60,805 nucleotides of DNA. Source: Lytechinus pictus (Eukaryota). Below are positions 38,897-50,285 of the stretch, one piece after another. Within the stretch, counting starts at the first letter, position 1. Each line of letters begins with the position of its first letter. The translations under genes and the position numbers were made by a program. A model generated the notes under the pieces. The model did no database searches, had not been told where the DNA came from, and worked only from the letters and a program-made list of their open reading frames with translations. The stretch is from NCBI RefSeq assembly GCF_037042905.1, contig NC_087247.1:4653196-4714000 (forward strand), in the 5' to 3' direction.

Positions 38897-39862
38897 TTTA
38901 AGGATTGGAAAATGTGTCATTAGTAGCTTCTATCCAGATCATTACTATCATACAGGAATGTCCCGAAACTAATCTGATGTGAAATATAAAATCAACCTGA
39001 TAGTACCGGTATCCAAATCTGACCATCTTCAAACTCAAGTGGAAGTGTCATATGAAATTAATGACAGAATAGATATTTACAGAGAAATTTATGAAAGCAC
39101 ATCGATCTCATTAGATATTCTAGCAATATTCTTGTCAAGAGACAAAAGTTAGGCCTAATCTACTATTGACAGTCGGATCGGCTGGCAACCAAGGAAAAAA
39201 GAGAGCCCTACAAAAATGGTAAAATAGTTTACTAGTGATTTGTTTATTTTCAAACTTTTCCCACAGAAAATACATGTTTGGAATAACAGTGAGGATCTCC
39301 CTGGTAATACAATACAATTTTCAAGTGACCAAAACACTTCACTGAAAGCCGATGTCATAAAAAAATATAAATTATTCTATTCAGATGGGATTTGCAAAAA
39401 AAAAATCATCTTGACTTCAAGCTACTTCTTAAGACAAGGATACATGTACAGGTAGGTTTGCGGAGGGGCTTCGTAGAACATCTCGAAGCAGTACCAGTAG
39501 CACCAGGGCGGCCCAGAGCAACAGCGTGTGAAACCTCCGCCTTGTGCTCTGGGACTGGGCCACTCAAGGGTTCATTACCATCCTGCCTGTGGGGAATCTA
39601 GGTAGGACTATGGTATGCCAATGCTGTACACAGCACACAATTTAAAAAATCATTAAAATATCACTTTTGTGACCAAAAATACTAATTTCCATACAATTGA
39701 TTTTATTTTTCATTAGTAACTTAGGAGTAATTTTTGTATTCACCAGAGTGCTTGAAAACTTGAATTTTGGGCATATTTTTGTGTACGCCCTCTATTGGTG
39801 CAAAGTATGGCAGTGAGTCCAAACTTCACGTGTGTCTATACTTCGCGGACGGTCATTTATCT

Positions 39863-40818
39863 AAACAAGTGGAATACCTCTGGCGGTCTCACCTGCATCA
39901 CGCGATTCAATATAGAAGCAGTGCTGACTTTGAAAACTACATAACTCGCACAAGATGTTTAGTGATACTTGGTTACTCTTATGTCCACGTTTTATGAACT
40001 AGACCAATGAATACACTTACAGAGATATGATGGTAATTCAACAAATACCCCCAACATGGCCAAAGTTCATTGACCTTACATGAACTTTGACCTTGAACAT
40101 GTGACCTAAAACTCGCACAGGATGTTCAGTGATACTTGATTACTCTTATGTCCAAGTTTCATGAGTCAGATCCATAAACTTTCAAAGTTATGATGGTAAT
40201 TCAACAGATACCCCCATTATGGCCAAAGTTCATTGACCTTTGACCTTGGTCATGTGACCTGAAATGTGCACAGGATGTTCAGTGATACTTGATTACTCTT
40301 ATGTCCAAGTTTTATGAACTAGACCAATATACTTTCAAAGTTATGATGGTAATTCAACAAATACCCCCAATTCGGCCAAAGTTCATTGACCCTAAATGAC
40401 ATTTTACCTTGGTCATATGACGTGAAACTCATGCAGGATGTTCAGTGATACTTGATTAATCTTATGTCCAAGTTTCATGAACAAGGTCCATATATTTTCT
40501 AAATTGATGACATTTAAAAAACTTAACCTTAGGTTAAGATTTTGATGTTGATTCCCCCAACATGGTCTAAGTTCATTGACCCTAAAAGGCCTAGGCTAAA
40601 TGACCTTTGACCGTGGTCATGTGACATGAAACTCAGGCAGGATGTTCAATAATACTTGATTAACCTTATGGCCAAGTTTGATGAAATAGGTCCATATACT
40701 TTCTAAGTTATGCTGTCATTTCAAAAACTTAACCTTCGGCTAAGATTTGGTGTTGACGCCGCCGCCGTCGGAAAAGTGGCGCCTATAGTCTCACTCTGCT
40801 ATGCAGGTGAGACAAAAA
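39863..40818 (-). mobile_element. Helentron-associated non-autonomous element (HINE/DINE-1-like) with internal ~160-bp tandem repeats
   Basis: Sub-terminal inverted repeats GTCTCACCTGCAT (39886-39898) / ATGCAGGTGAGAC (40801-40813), adjacent short IR GTCTCAC 40788-40794, (GCC)n microsatellite, five repeats containing gatgttcagtgatacttg and tgacctttgacc, A-run flanks. Confidence 0.75.
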
Positions 40819-41524
40819 CTAGCCAATATCCTTAAAATCTGAAATCAACGTAAAAAGCGACCTAAAATTACCCTTTGACTTAATTTTCTATAGGATGAGT
40901 TCAGTATTCATGAAAATATTGACAAAAGATCAGCAAATTTGTCACCGTTAGCGCCCGTTCCAAAGAAATCTGAAATTGTCAACAAGCAGCACGATATCAT
41001 CAGTTTGCAAGCAGATATCATAAAAAATGTGAGTTCAATGTGGCTGTTTCTCTAGCATTTTATCGTCAATCTGATATAAATATCTCACCTTTTGAGCTTG
41101 AGTTTTTAATCTCCACAAAAACTTTGGTCCGCGAAGTTAGGTCACACCTTTTCAGAACGGTTTTCCAACACAGCGCGCATTCGTCGATCAGAATAGAATT
41201 TTGAGATCGCGATACCGGCGAAGCCCCTTGATCTACTTCACATTTTCCTCAATGATTTTACAGTTAACGATCTTGCCGTCAATGTGGTAACTATTTCTTG
41301 AATTGGTTTTGTATATTGTGAATAATTTGTGAACAAATTTAAGCCCGATATATATTTTTGAAAAGTCCGCGAAGTTTGGACACCCCATCATAATATGGCA
41401 AGACAATTGTCAATTTTCAATCTCTATAATTAAGAAAAAATAATTTAAAGAATCAAATTTACCTAAGTCTAGAGCCAAGTTATATGATGAATAGCTGTAT
41501 GGAAACCGACAGTGTCAAAAAATC

Positions 41525-41673
41525 TAGACAGGAATAACCGTCGTTTCTGGGGATTTATTCAACAATTTCTGACATTTTACTATAATCCCCATTCATATGT
41601 ATTTACTATTGGTGAGTGAGCCAACGCAGTTCAGCGGAACAACCAAAATACAGAGACTGAAGCTTTTGGTCTA
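41525..41673. mobile_element. TAGAC...GTCTA mini-transposon with 9-bp TSD (AcademH-like), copy 2
   Basis: TSD CAAAAAATC at 41516-41524 and 41674-41682; the opposite arm of the large inverted repeat shows the empty site. Confidence 0.85.
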
Positions 41674-42007
41674 CAAAAAATCAAGCATTTATCCCAAAGA
41701 AAAAGAGAAAATAAGCCAAACATTGCCAACCATATTTCACCACACAGCCACAGGGAGTAGTAACAGAGAACAAGGACAGGTTATATCATAATTTCATTAG
41801 GCCTAAACCTTGTTCATAGAATGAGTGGGACTGGGCCACTCACACTAATACGAGGTTAGTATATGTATACATGACTGGGCTGGCTCACTCATCCTACGTC
41901 TACGAACGAGGTCTGGCTCAGCTCTGCATGATCTGGGACTCTGCTCTTAAGTTGAATAATGAATGGCTAAAATTAGTTTACAGCCCGATACGATATTTCA
42001 AACTTAC

Positions 42008-42220
42008 CAGGAAACTGCAGAAGGAAACGGTTAAGGACGACAATTCGTAGTTTAAAATCATTTACTCGTCTAGAAGACGGATTTGATGTGAGCAATGGAT
42101 TTCCTTCAAAACTAATTGTTAAAACTTCAAGACAAGGATGGCTATTCTGGCATCTCCGGCTAGTGTATATAAGCTTCGAACAATCCCTGTGATGAATTTG
42201 GGATGTGGTCGGGGATTCCC
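42008..42220 (-). promoter_or_regulatory. Putative promoter and non-coding first exon of the NEMO/OPTN gene
   Basis: Strong donor CTG|GTAAGT at 42008/42007, TATATA 42166-42171, kB site GGGGATTCCC 42211-42220. The first coding exon begins at an acceptor (38256), 17 nt before the ATG, which suggests an upstream non-coding exon. Confidence 0.55.
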
Positions 42221-43386
42221 AAAATAGATTGCCAATAACTTTACCGAGAGAAATTAGCATTTTTAATGAAAAAAAATCAAAATAATAAACTAATTAAATA
42301 ATATTTAAAAAAAAAACAATTTAATTTTAAATTTTTATGATCGTAAAACTGATCATATTTTTTTCTCACTCATTCAATGAACAAGGTTATGATATAACCT
42401 TGTTCTCAGTTATATCTCCATGTGTGGCAAAATAAGGATGGCAATGTTTGGCTTATTTTCTCTTTTTCTTTGGGACAAATGCTTGATTTTTTTACACTGA
42501 CAGTTTCCATTACACCTATTCGTCATACAACTTGGCCCTTAAGTAAATTCGATTCTTTAAATTATTTTTTTCTTAATTAAAAATAGAGATTAAAAAATGA
42601 AAATTTTCTTGCCATATTATTTTTCACCAATAGAGGGCGTACACAAAAATATGCCCAAAATTCAAGTTTTTGAGCGCTCTCGTGAATACAAAAATTATTC
42701 CCAAGTTACTAATGAAAAATAAATTGCAACTGTACGGAAATTAGTAATTTTGGTCACAAAAGTGATATCTTAATCATTTTTTAAAGTGTGTGCTCTGTAC
42801 AGCATTGGCATGCCATAGTCCAACCTGTAGATTCCCAACAGGCAGGGTGGTTGCATTTTTACAGGATGTGTATAAAATAAGACAAATTGGCAGTGCAGAT
42901 TCAGGGGAATCCCCGATCATTTCGCAATAACATAAAGGCGGGGAGATCTCTATGACATTAATCAGTGTAAACTAATCTAGGCTGCGTCTATTACTATAAT
43001 TCAAGAATATTTACACCAGGGAAGTTTCGTGTTTAGAAAGTATTGCAGTTTTCTTTTAGGGGAATTTAAATTTTCTTGATTATCCTTTAAAAAAATTTCA
43101 AACGAACACTATTATAATGCAAGAATAATGTAGCAAAAGGGGGAATCACATTAATGTTATGGTTGGCTATGCGACCCCTCTTTGATTCTTCAAATGGTGT
43201 AAAAGAAATAGTGTAAATAGAATTTTCAAAAATACTAAGAAGAAAATCATAGAAAAAAAATTTTGCTGTGTCTTGTAACTAAATAAAAATAATTACTGAT
43301 GAGGTTAAGAGTAGTTTCTTTCATTTTGAAGCATTATTTTTGTGCATTATTGAGAGAGAAAAATCGAAAGAAGGAGTTACGCCTAC

Positions 43387-44020
43387 ATGAAGCTTAACAA
43401 CCAAATTATTCCCAGAGTTGAAAATACTAAGTTTCTTGGCGTTATCATTGATAGTAATTTAACATGGATACATCACATAAATGAAATTGAGAACAAAGTT
43501 GCAAAAAATATTGGAATAATACATCACTTAAGTTTTTACTTGCCTAAAACTGTATTGCGTACATTGTATTGCTCTTTAATCTTGCCATATTTTTATTACT
43601 GTAATTTGGTCTGGGCTAACACATATCAAACCCATCTTAAATAATTATGTTCCCTTCAAAATAAAATTGTACGTATTATTTCTCCAGACGACAAGATACC
43701 ACTAGCAATTATCACAAATTTGTTTCATTCCCTAAAATTGTTGAAATTAGAAGACATCAACAAACTTCAACAATGTCATTTTCTCTACAGGTGTTTAAAT
43801 TCTCAAATTCCACAAAAAATTCGTGATTCATTTACATAAGTTTCCAACATATATCATTTTGATACCCGCTCAAATAATCAAATATTCATTCCCAAACATA
43901 GAAAAATAATCTTCCAACACAACATTCGTTATACTGGCCCCAAAATATGGAACGAAATTCCGGATTACATAAAAAATCTCTATCGACAACCAGCTTTAAG
44001 TATTTAAAAAAATGCTTCTG
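43387..44020 (+). mobile_element. 5'-truncated, degenerate CR1/L2-type LINE (ORF2 C-terminal region)
   Basis: KFLGVIIDSNLTWIHHI...LYCSLILPYFYYCNLVWANT, in-frame stop, then LQNKIVRII and later YTGPKIWNEIP-like sequence. Confidence 0.85.
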
Positions 44021-45793
44021 TCGTTTTATATATAAATATTTTCCATCTTACGTTTCGTTTTGACTTTAACATGATAACATGAATCATGGACAATTGTTGT
44101 TGCGGCATTTATATTTTGCACCCACTGATATTTTATTGAGCATTCTATTTTATTTAGTAATTCATGCCCGCCTCATTTAATTTTGCTTGTACTATTGCTT
44201 TATGAATTCATTATCAATAGTTTTTGCGATAAAGCAGAAACCATCGATAACGTGATCATCGGTTCCGGGTTTTGTTTGTTTGTTTGATTTATGTTTTGGT
44301 TATTGTTTTTGTTTTTGTGCTTTTTTGTTTGTCTTTTTTTAATTTGGGGAGGGGAGGGGGGGTTCAAATCCGGCTCACAATTGTGCCCCTAACCTACAAA
44401 ATATCATCGAACCCGATACAAACCCCGAGATGCTCTGATCACCGTTTATGCATGGTGGGTGTTATAAATACAGGGATATTGCACGGATTCTTATACAATG
44501 CCGAAATGAAAATATACGGCGGGCGCTTTTCTAGTCTCAATAACGTAAAAATATGTATACATTTTTAAAATATTTATTTAAAACAAAAAAGAAGAAAGGG
44601 TTGGCTTTTCCCTCCCAGTTTCCCTTTTGTCATAATAATTATGCATGCACGACCAGACGAAACTTGAACTCATATTTAAGCAAACTTAACCTCTCTGTAT
44701 TTCGTGTTTTCATCTCCCCTTCTAACCACCCTCTCCCCTATCTATCTTCGATTTTTTTGTGTTTTTTCTTTCTTACTTCCTTCCTTCCTTCTTTCTTTCT
44801 TTCTTCCTTTCATTCTTTCTTTCTTTCTCACCATCCCTCATCCACCATTCCTACTATAAAGTCGATTCATCTCTTCCTGTCTGTCAGTCTTATTACTATC
44901 ATTTCACTCAGTTTCCATCGTAACCCAATTCTCGTTCATCATTCATATTGAATAATCATTTAGTGAAAACTGTAAGTATATAATATTACATAAACTTTAT
45001 TATCATTCACTTTAATTTTGTTCATTAGATAAAGTTGAATCAATACAGGACCTATATAAAGAACAACATTAACAAAAACACAACAATAACATATACAAAA
45101 AGTATCGGACAAAATAAAGATCAATATTACAAACTCGTATTTTGCTCACTTTAATTAATGTTTAATCAAATGAGTTCACGGCGATCATTTAAGTATATCA
45201 TGAGGCCAGAAGAAAATAACACTAAAATTATATCTTTATAGAAAGACATGTTTCTTAAAGAATAAAACGAGAAAAGATAACGGGGAAGGATAACTCAATC
45301 CCAACATGTACATGAAAAAAAAACATTGAATAAGTTGGCGTAATAACTTACATCAACGTGGATACAATATCAAAGCAAAATATGTACCCCAATTCAGCCA
45401 AACTTTGTGCAGTAATTTGTTTAATAGCATACTAATTAACGGTTCGCGTCACTGTTTTGCATTAAGTCAATTTCGATCATCAACTTACAGATCAACTACA
45501 GATAACGAATAGAAATAGAATATCATAAAGTTGCAGCGCAAGGGTATTTTCATAAGGGGGGGGGGGGGGGGTGAGGTGAAGTCGTTTTGTCAGCCTTCAA
45601 TTCTTTTCTGTTTTCCCCTCTGTTTTGTTTTTTTCTTCTGGGGGAGGGGGAGGGGGAGGGTCGCCCTCAGTATCTTTATAATACCCTGTATACTTTTAAA
45701 AAAATAACGCATTATTAATAAATTCTTCTCTAAACGTATCACAACGGGAATTATTTTTAGATGAAAATAAATAATGAATTGATTTCCAAAAGT

Positions 45794-48700
45794 TTATGAC
45801 GTCAAATTTGATGTCGCGTTGCTGCACAAATTATGAGATTTTTCAGGCCCCAGATCGATTAGAAGAGTGAAGTAAGTCAACACGAAACCAGCAATCTGAA
45901 AAATAAATAGATTAATAAATGAATAGAAAATAAATAAATGAACAAATAAATAAATAATTTAATAAACATATAAATAAATGAATAAATAATTATATGAATA
46001 AATAGATTTTAAAAAAATAAATAAATAAATGAATAAATAAATAAGACTCAGGAACTATAGGGATGATGAACGATTAATTTTGGAAAGAATTTGATAATTA
46101 GGGTAAGCAATGGGTTTTATGATGAAATTTCGTAAGGCGTGTAACTCAAGTCAATAAGTTCAGCGGGTATATAGCAAATGCATGTAATATGCATGGTTCA
46201 TAATAGCTCCATCACTTTAATTGTTTACTGTAATTGGTCAAGTAATTTATTCAGGAGCGGATCCAGCTTTTACCAGAAAGGGGATGAGAGGCGGTTGATT
46301 TCATCCCCCCATAAAAAGGTAAAAATTCACAACCACTCTGAAAAATTGTAGACGTGCCCCTTTGTCCCCTCATTGATAAGGGCCATATACATATAATTTA
46401 ATTTTTAAAAATTACCTTCTTCCAGGCAGTGGCGAATCCGTGCCCGCCTCCAGTTGAGAGCCATGATAAAACAATTTAATGTAATTATGCCGTTTTTACA
46501 CAAGTGTGCCCCCCCCCCTTTGAAAGTGCATGAGGACCTTTTTTTTGCTTGTCAAATTTTCATCTGGAAAATGTGCCCCATCTTTTTGAAAATCCTGGAT
46601 CCGCCTCTGCTTCCAGGGGTCCGTTTCATAAAACTATTTATAATAACAAATTTGCAATAACATTTAAAAGCTACCGAAATCCTTTAATCTAATAATTGGC
46701 AGATGGTAAATTTGTTATAGAAATTGTACATATAACAAGTCTTTATGAAACGGAACCCAGATCTTACCGTTAGAATGACATTCCTGGTGACAGTGAAGAA
46801 TCCAATGAATGAAAGCCCAATGTTTGGACCATTTAGGCGGGAAACCAGTAGCAGGTGAATCTGTTGATAAAGCAGGAATTATGAGGTACTTTAAGATTAT
46901 ATAAATGGAGATGGGATTTGGAACCAAGACTTTTTGATAGGCGTACGTAGTTTATAATCTTTTATTTTCTCCCCCCCTCCTTTCATTGTCTTGAAAAACC
47001 ATAGAGGATAGTCGCCCACCGGTCGCATTGCCCTGTCTCTTAACAATAAGAACAAGATCAAAATGATATATTGGAATATTGAAGCAATTAACAGATTTGA
47101 GACCTACTACCCGAAAAAAATCAATGTGGGGAAAATTTCAGTTCTTTCAAATAAAAAAGTTCGATAGAGTATATCTATAGTGGCAGGCAGAGTAAATGGA
47201 TAGTGACAGATAGTAATACACTTCACTTTATTATTTTTTATTACTTTTAATGACGTCATAGTCATGGTCTTGAGTAATTCTAGCTGTAGTCCCTAAATTT
47301 AACCCGTTCCTCCTACCCCCTTTGTGCAATTTAAATTAAGTGTCAACTTAGTCTTTGCCTGAATTATCTTTATAGGGTCAACACCCCCTTTTTAGATTAT
47401 GGATCCTGTTAACATTTTAAACCCATTATTTCATTCTCCATGAGACAAATCATACCATAAGACAATGATTACATAGTATTGCAATATCTCCGAGTCAATA
47501 AACGATATCACAAAATAAGAATGCCATTTTTTTCTTTTTCTCTCAATATTTTATTTTAGACCCCAAAATCTTTTTTTTTTCATCTGATAAATAAATGCAC
47601 AATATTGGAAATTACATGAGATATTCTGGTGTCACTTGCATCCACGTGAAGTTCATAGACATGTCGCCGCAATGAATGTGCCTGGTAAAAGAAAAAATGT
47701 CACTCATTAATTGTTATAAAGCCAAATTTGGTACTTTAAATATTTTCTTTCATATAAACCCCACTGATTTGAAAACCTATTTGATATTTATTTGTTTGTT
47801 TTATTTCATTCATGTATTTGTTTTTTGGGAGAGGGTGGGGGATATACAGAAATTATTTCATTATTATTTCCGTGGGGGAGGCTTACTTCAATGATGGGGA
47901 CAAGGGCTGTATTTGATTGGTCTTCAATTTAGCAGAGATTCTAACTAATTTCAGATCATCTAACACTGTCATTGCTAAGCAGTGGCGTACCTAGGATTTT
48001 CCACAGGGGGGGGGGGGGCAAAACCGTCCGCCAAAAAATTTGACAAGCAAAAAAAAAAAGGTCTTCAATCACAAATAAAGGATTTCGTAACAGAAAAAAA
48101 ATTGACAAGCAAAAGAAGAAAAAAAAAGTCTTCAAACTCGTCAGGGGGGCAATAAAGGTCTTCAAGCTCGTCAGGGGGGGGGGGGGGGAGCAAAAAAGGT
48201 CTTTCAAGCTCGTCAGGGGGGGGGGGCAGGGATACGCTGCTTTGCATGGGTTGTGGCTCGTCAGGGGGGGGGGGGGGGCAGACTGCCCCCCTGCCCCCCC
48301 CCCCGTAGGTACGCGCTTGTGTTGCTAAGGGCTAAACAAGCAATTTGGTCTAATTCTGTTTAGGTCCAACCGTTATTTGGTCTAATTACCGTTGGCTTAA
48401 CATAATCTAATGCCCAGGAGGTCTAGCTTTCACTTCGTCATCTTATTATTTTGCACTTGGTAAATCTAATGTATGTGGTTCATATCATGTAATGATATAT
48501 ATATATATATTATGTTGTGTTAGTGTAAGTGTAGGCCTATTAGACGAAATGGATGTAGCCTAACTGGAAGTTAGACAAGGTGGTTAGTTGATGATCTCGT
48601 TGTAGATAATCGAGGATTAGACCATGTGGGATTAGACCAAATTGAAAGTACACAATGTGGGTGCAGACCAAGTGGCAATTTAACTGAGATGATAATCAAT

Positions 48701-50285
48701 TTCTGAAGATATTTCAACCGATTTGTCAGGAATGTTCATCTCAGTGGCAGTGGAATGGTTTTGAAAGCGGGGCTTGAGCCAAAAGTGGGGGCGGGGACTG
48801 ACCATGCAAAAAATCACTATTAGATGGTCATTTTTACGTTTTAATTGTACATGGTTTTAGAAAAAAGTGGAGGAAGCCCCCCAGCCTATCTTCTGTTTCT
48901 GTGCCCCCTGCATCTTGTTTAAATAAATGACTGAGAGAATGCATCAAAAGAATGCCTCTTACATCATTAGTTTTTTTGTGCAAATGAAAATGACCATGAT
49001 AGTGTCAATTACAATTGCAACATTCAGTGTAGGATTGCCTAAATTTCATCGTGTCGGTATGGTGGCCCGGTATTGTGGAAGGGATGGGAAAAGGGGAAAG
49101 CGAAAGAAAGAGAGAGAGAGAGAGAGGGGGGGGGGGGGGGGGGGGCTCGAGTCCACTAAGGATACTAAAAAAAATCAGGACTCCTACCTTCTCATTAAGC
49201 ATTGAACAGCACCAGGAGATGAGCAAAATATTCAGCATATTTGAGACACCCCAGTAGGCATTCAAGGCAGTAGTAAAAGTGCTTGAACTGTCGCTGTTGA
49301 AATAAATATCATACATGAGAAAGATGAGCAGGGGGATGTCAGTGGCAAAGACAATGGCGACAAGTGTAGAGAAAATGTAGTCGCACTGTGATGTGAGAAG
49401 ACACAAAATGTTATGCTGTCGACGGGTCTCTTCCAGGACATCAGCCCTTGCGCAGGTACCTAGGGGGTTCTCCTCCTTGAAGGCTTTGGTGAGCGAGTCA
49501 AATCTCTCCGAAAGAACATAGCAAATGAGGCAAAGGTAGACAACAGGGAACTTGTGGCATGCCAAGGCAAAGAATGAAATGACTTGCAGGAAAGCACAGG
49601 GAATATCACTTGTCCAGGGCGAGCACATGATACGGATTTCTTCACCATGATAGCCGAAGGTGAAGTACATGGAGACGGGGTACGACCCAAGGATGAAAAA
49701 CCACCCTCCTAGTGCAGCCAGGATCCCAACCTTCTTGAACTTCTTCCGTTGCAACATGCACCTTGGCTTGGGAGACTGCGTGTCGACTGACCTGTGGTCG
49801 AAGTCCACCCGATGTCTTTCGGCGGAGGGGTTCTGCCAGTAGCTGAAGAAGCGCTGTATCTTGCAGGTTCTATAGCATGCCAGGAAGAGGACAGTGTTGG
49901 TTGTGGCATTTTGTACGTACCAGCACAAGTAAGATGCATTCTGTAGGTTTAAAGTTGGGGCAATGAAAACGAGAAAACGAACGAGATCAAACCACATGAC
50001 TAGGACAACGAAGGCATGATAGACGAAGCCGAGTCTGTTCAAGATGTTCCGGATGAAAGATTGATTCCTTTGTAGTGACTGCGCATCATCCTCTTGTTGA
50101 GCAGGATGAACTGCGACTCCAGATGGTGATCGTTCATGCCACAGACCCAACAGCTTCATACTGATAGTGACGGGTCTGCTCACCTCAGAGAACATGATGA
50201 TATCTCTATGAGAAGCCTTGCAAACATTTTCTTCTGATCCTTCAGCAGGCTGCTTAAGCCAAGTAGGTGATGAAGACATCTCCAT
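45794..50285 (-). CDS. Gustatory receptor-like (GRL) 7TM ion channel of the insect chemoreceptor superfamily, ~452 aa, 4 exons
   Basis: Exons 50285-49188, 47681-47616 (AHSLRRHVYELHVDASDTRISH), 46860-46768 (IHLLLVSRLNGPNIGLSFIGFFTVTRNVILT), 45895-45794 (IAGFVLTYFTLLIDLG...*). Three phase-0 GT-AG introns near the 3' end. Motifs MKLLGLW and RRQHNILC....DYIFS; multiple hydrophobic helices. Confidence 0.9.
45900..46045. repeat. (AAAT)n microsatellite in the last GRL intron
   Basis: Direct inspection. Confidence 0.85.
46616..46757. mobile_element. Harbinger-like palindromic MITE
   Basis: GGGGTCCGTTTCATAAA...TTTATGAAACGGAACCC with CAG flanks. Confidence 0.7.
47980..48319. mobile_element. CAGTGGCGTACCTA-type element with internal G-run tandem repeats
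   Basis: Inverted termini gcgtaccta/taggtacgc; internal repeats (gtcttcaag)ctcgtcaggggg x4. Confidence 0.65.

Larger units (their letters stand above)
39577..42851. repeat. Large inverted repeat (arms ~39577-39810 + 41391-41830 and ~42363-42851) around a ~530 bp unique spacer
   Basis: The right arm is the reverse complement of the left arm once insertions are removed, e.g. gggcatatttttgtgtacgccctctattggtg / caccaatagagggcgtacacaaaaatatgccc and aagaaaaagagaaaataagccaaacattgcca / tggcaatgtttggcttattttctctttttctt. Confidence 0.85.

Noticed and set aside
43387-43644. Host gene or active reverse transcriptase
   Set aside because: Truncated LINE fragment with an in-frame stop and no catalytic core.
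49005-49187. C-terminus of the 426-aa ORF (poly-Pro, SLSL)
   Set aside because: Read-through into an intron with G-run and GA microsatellite; a canonical donor at 49188 leads to conserved downstream exons.
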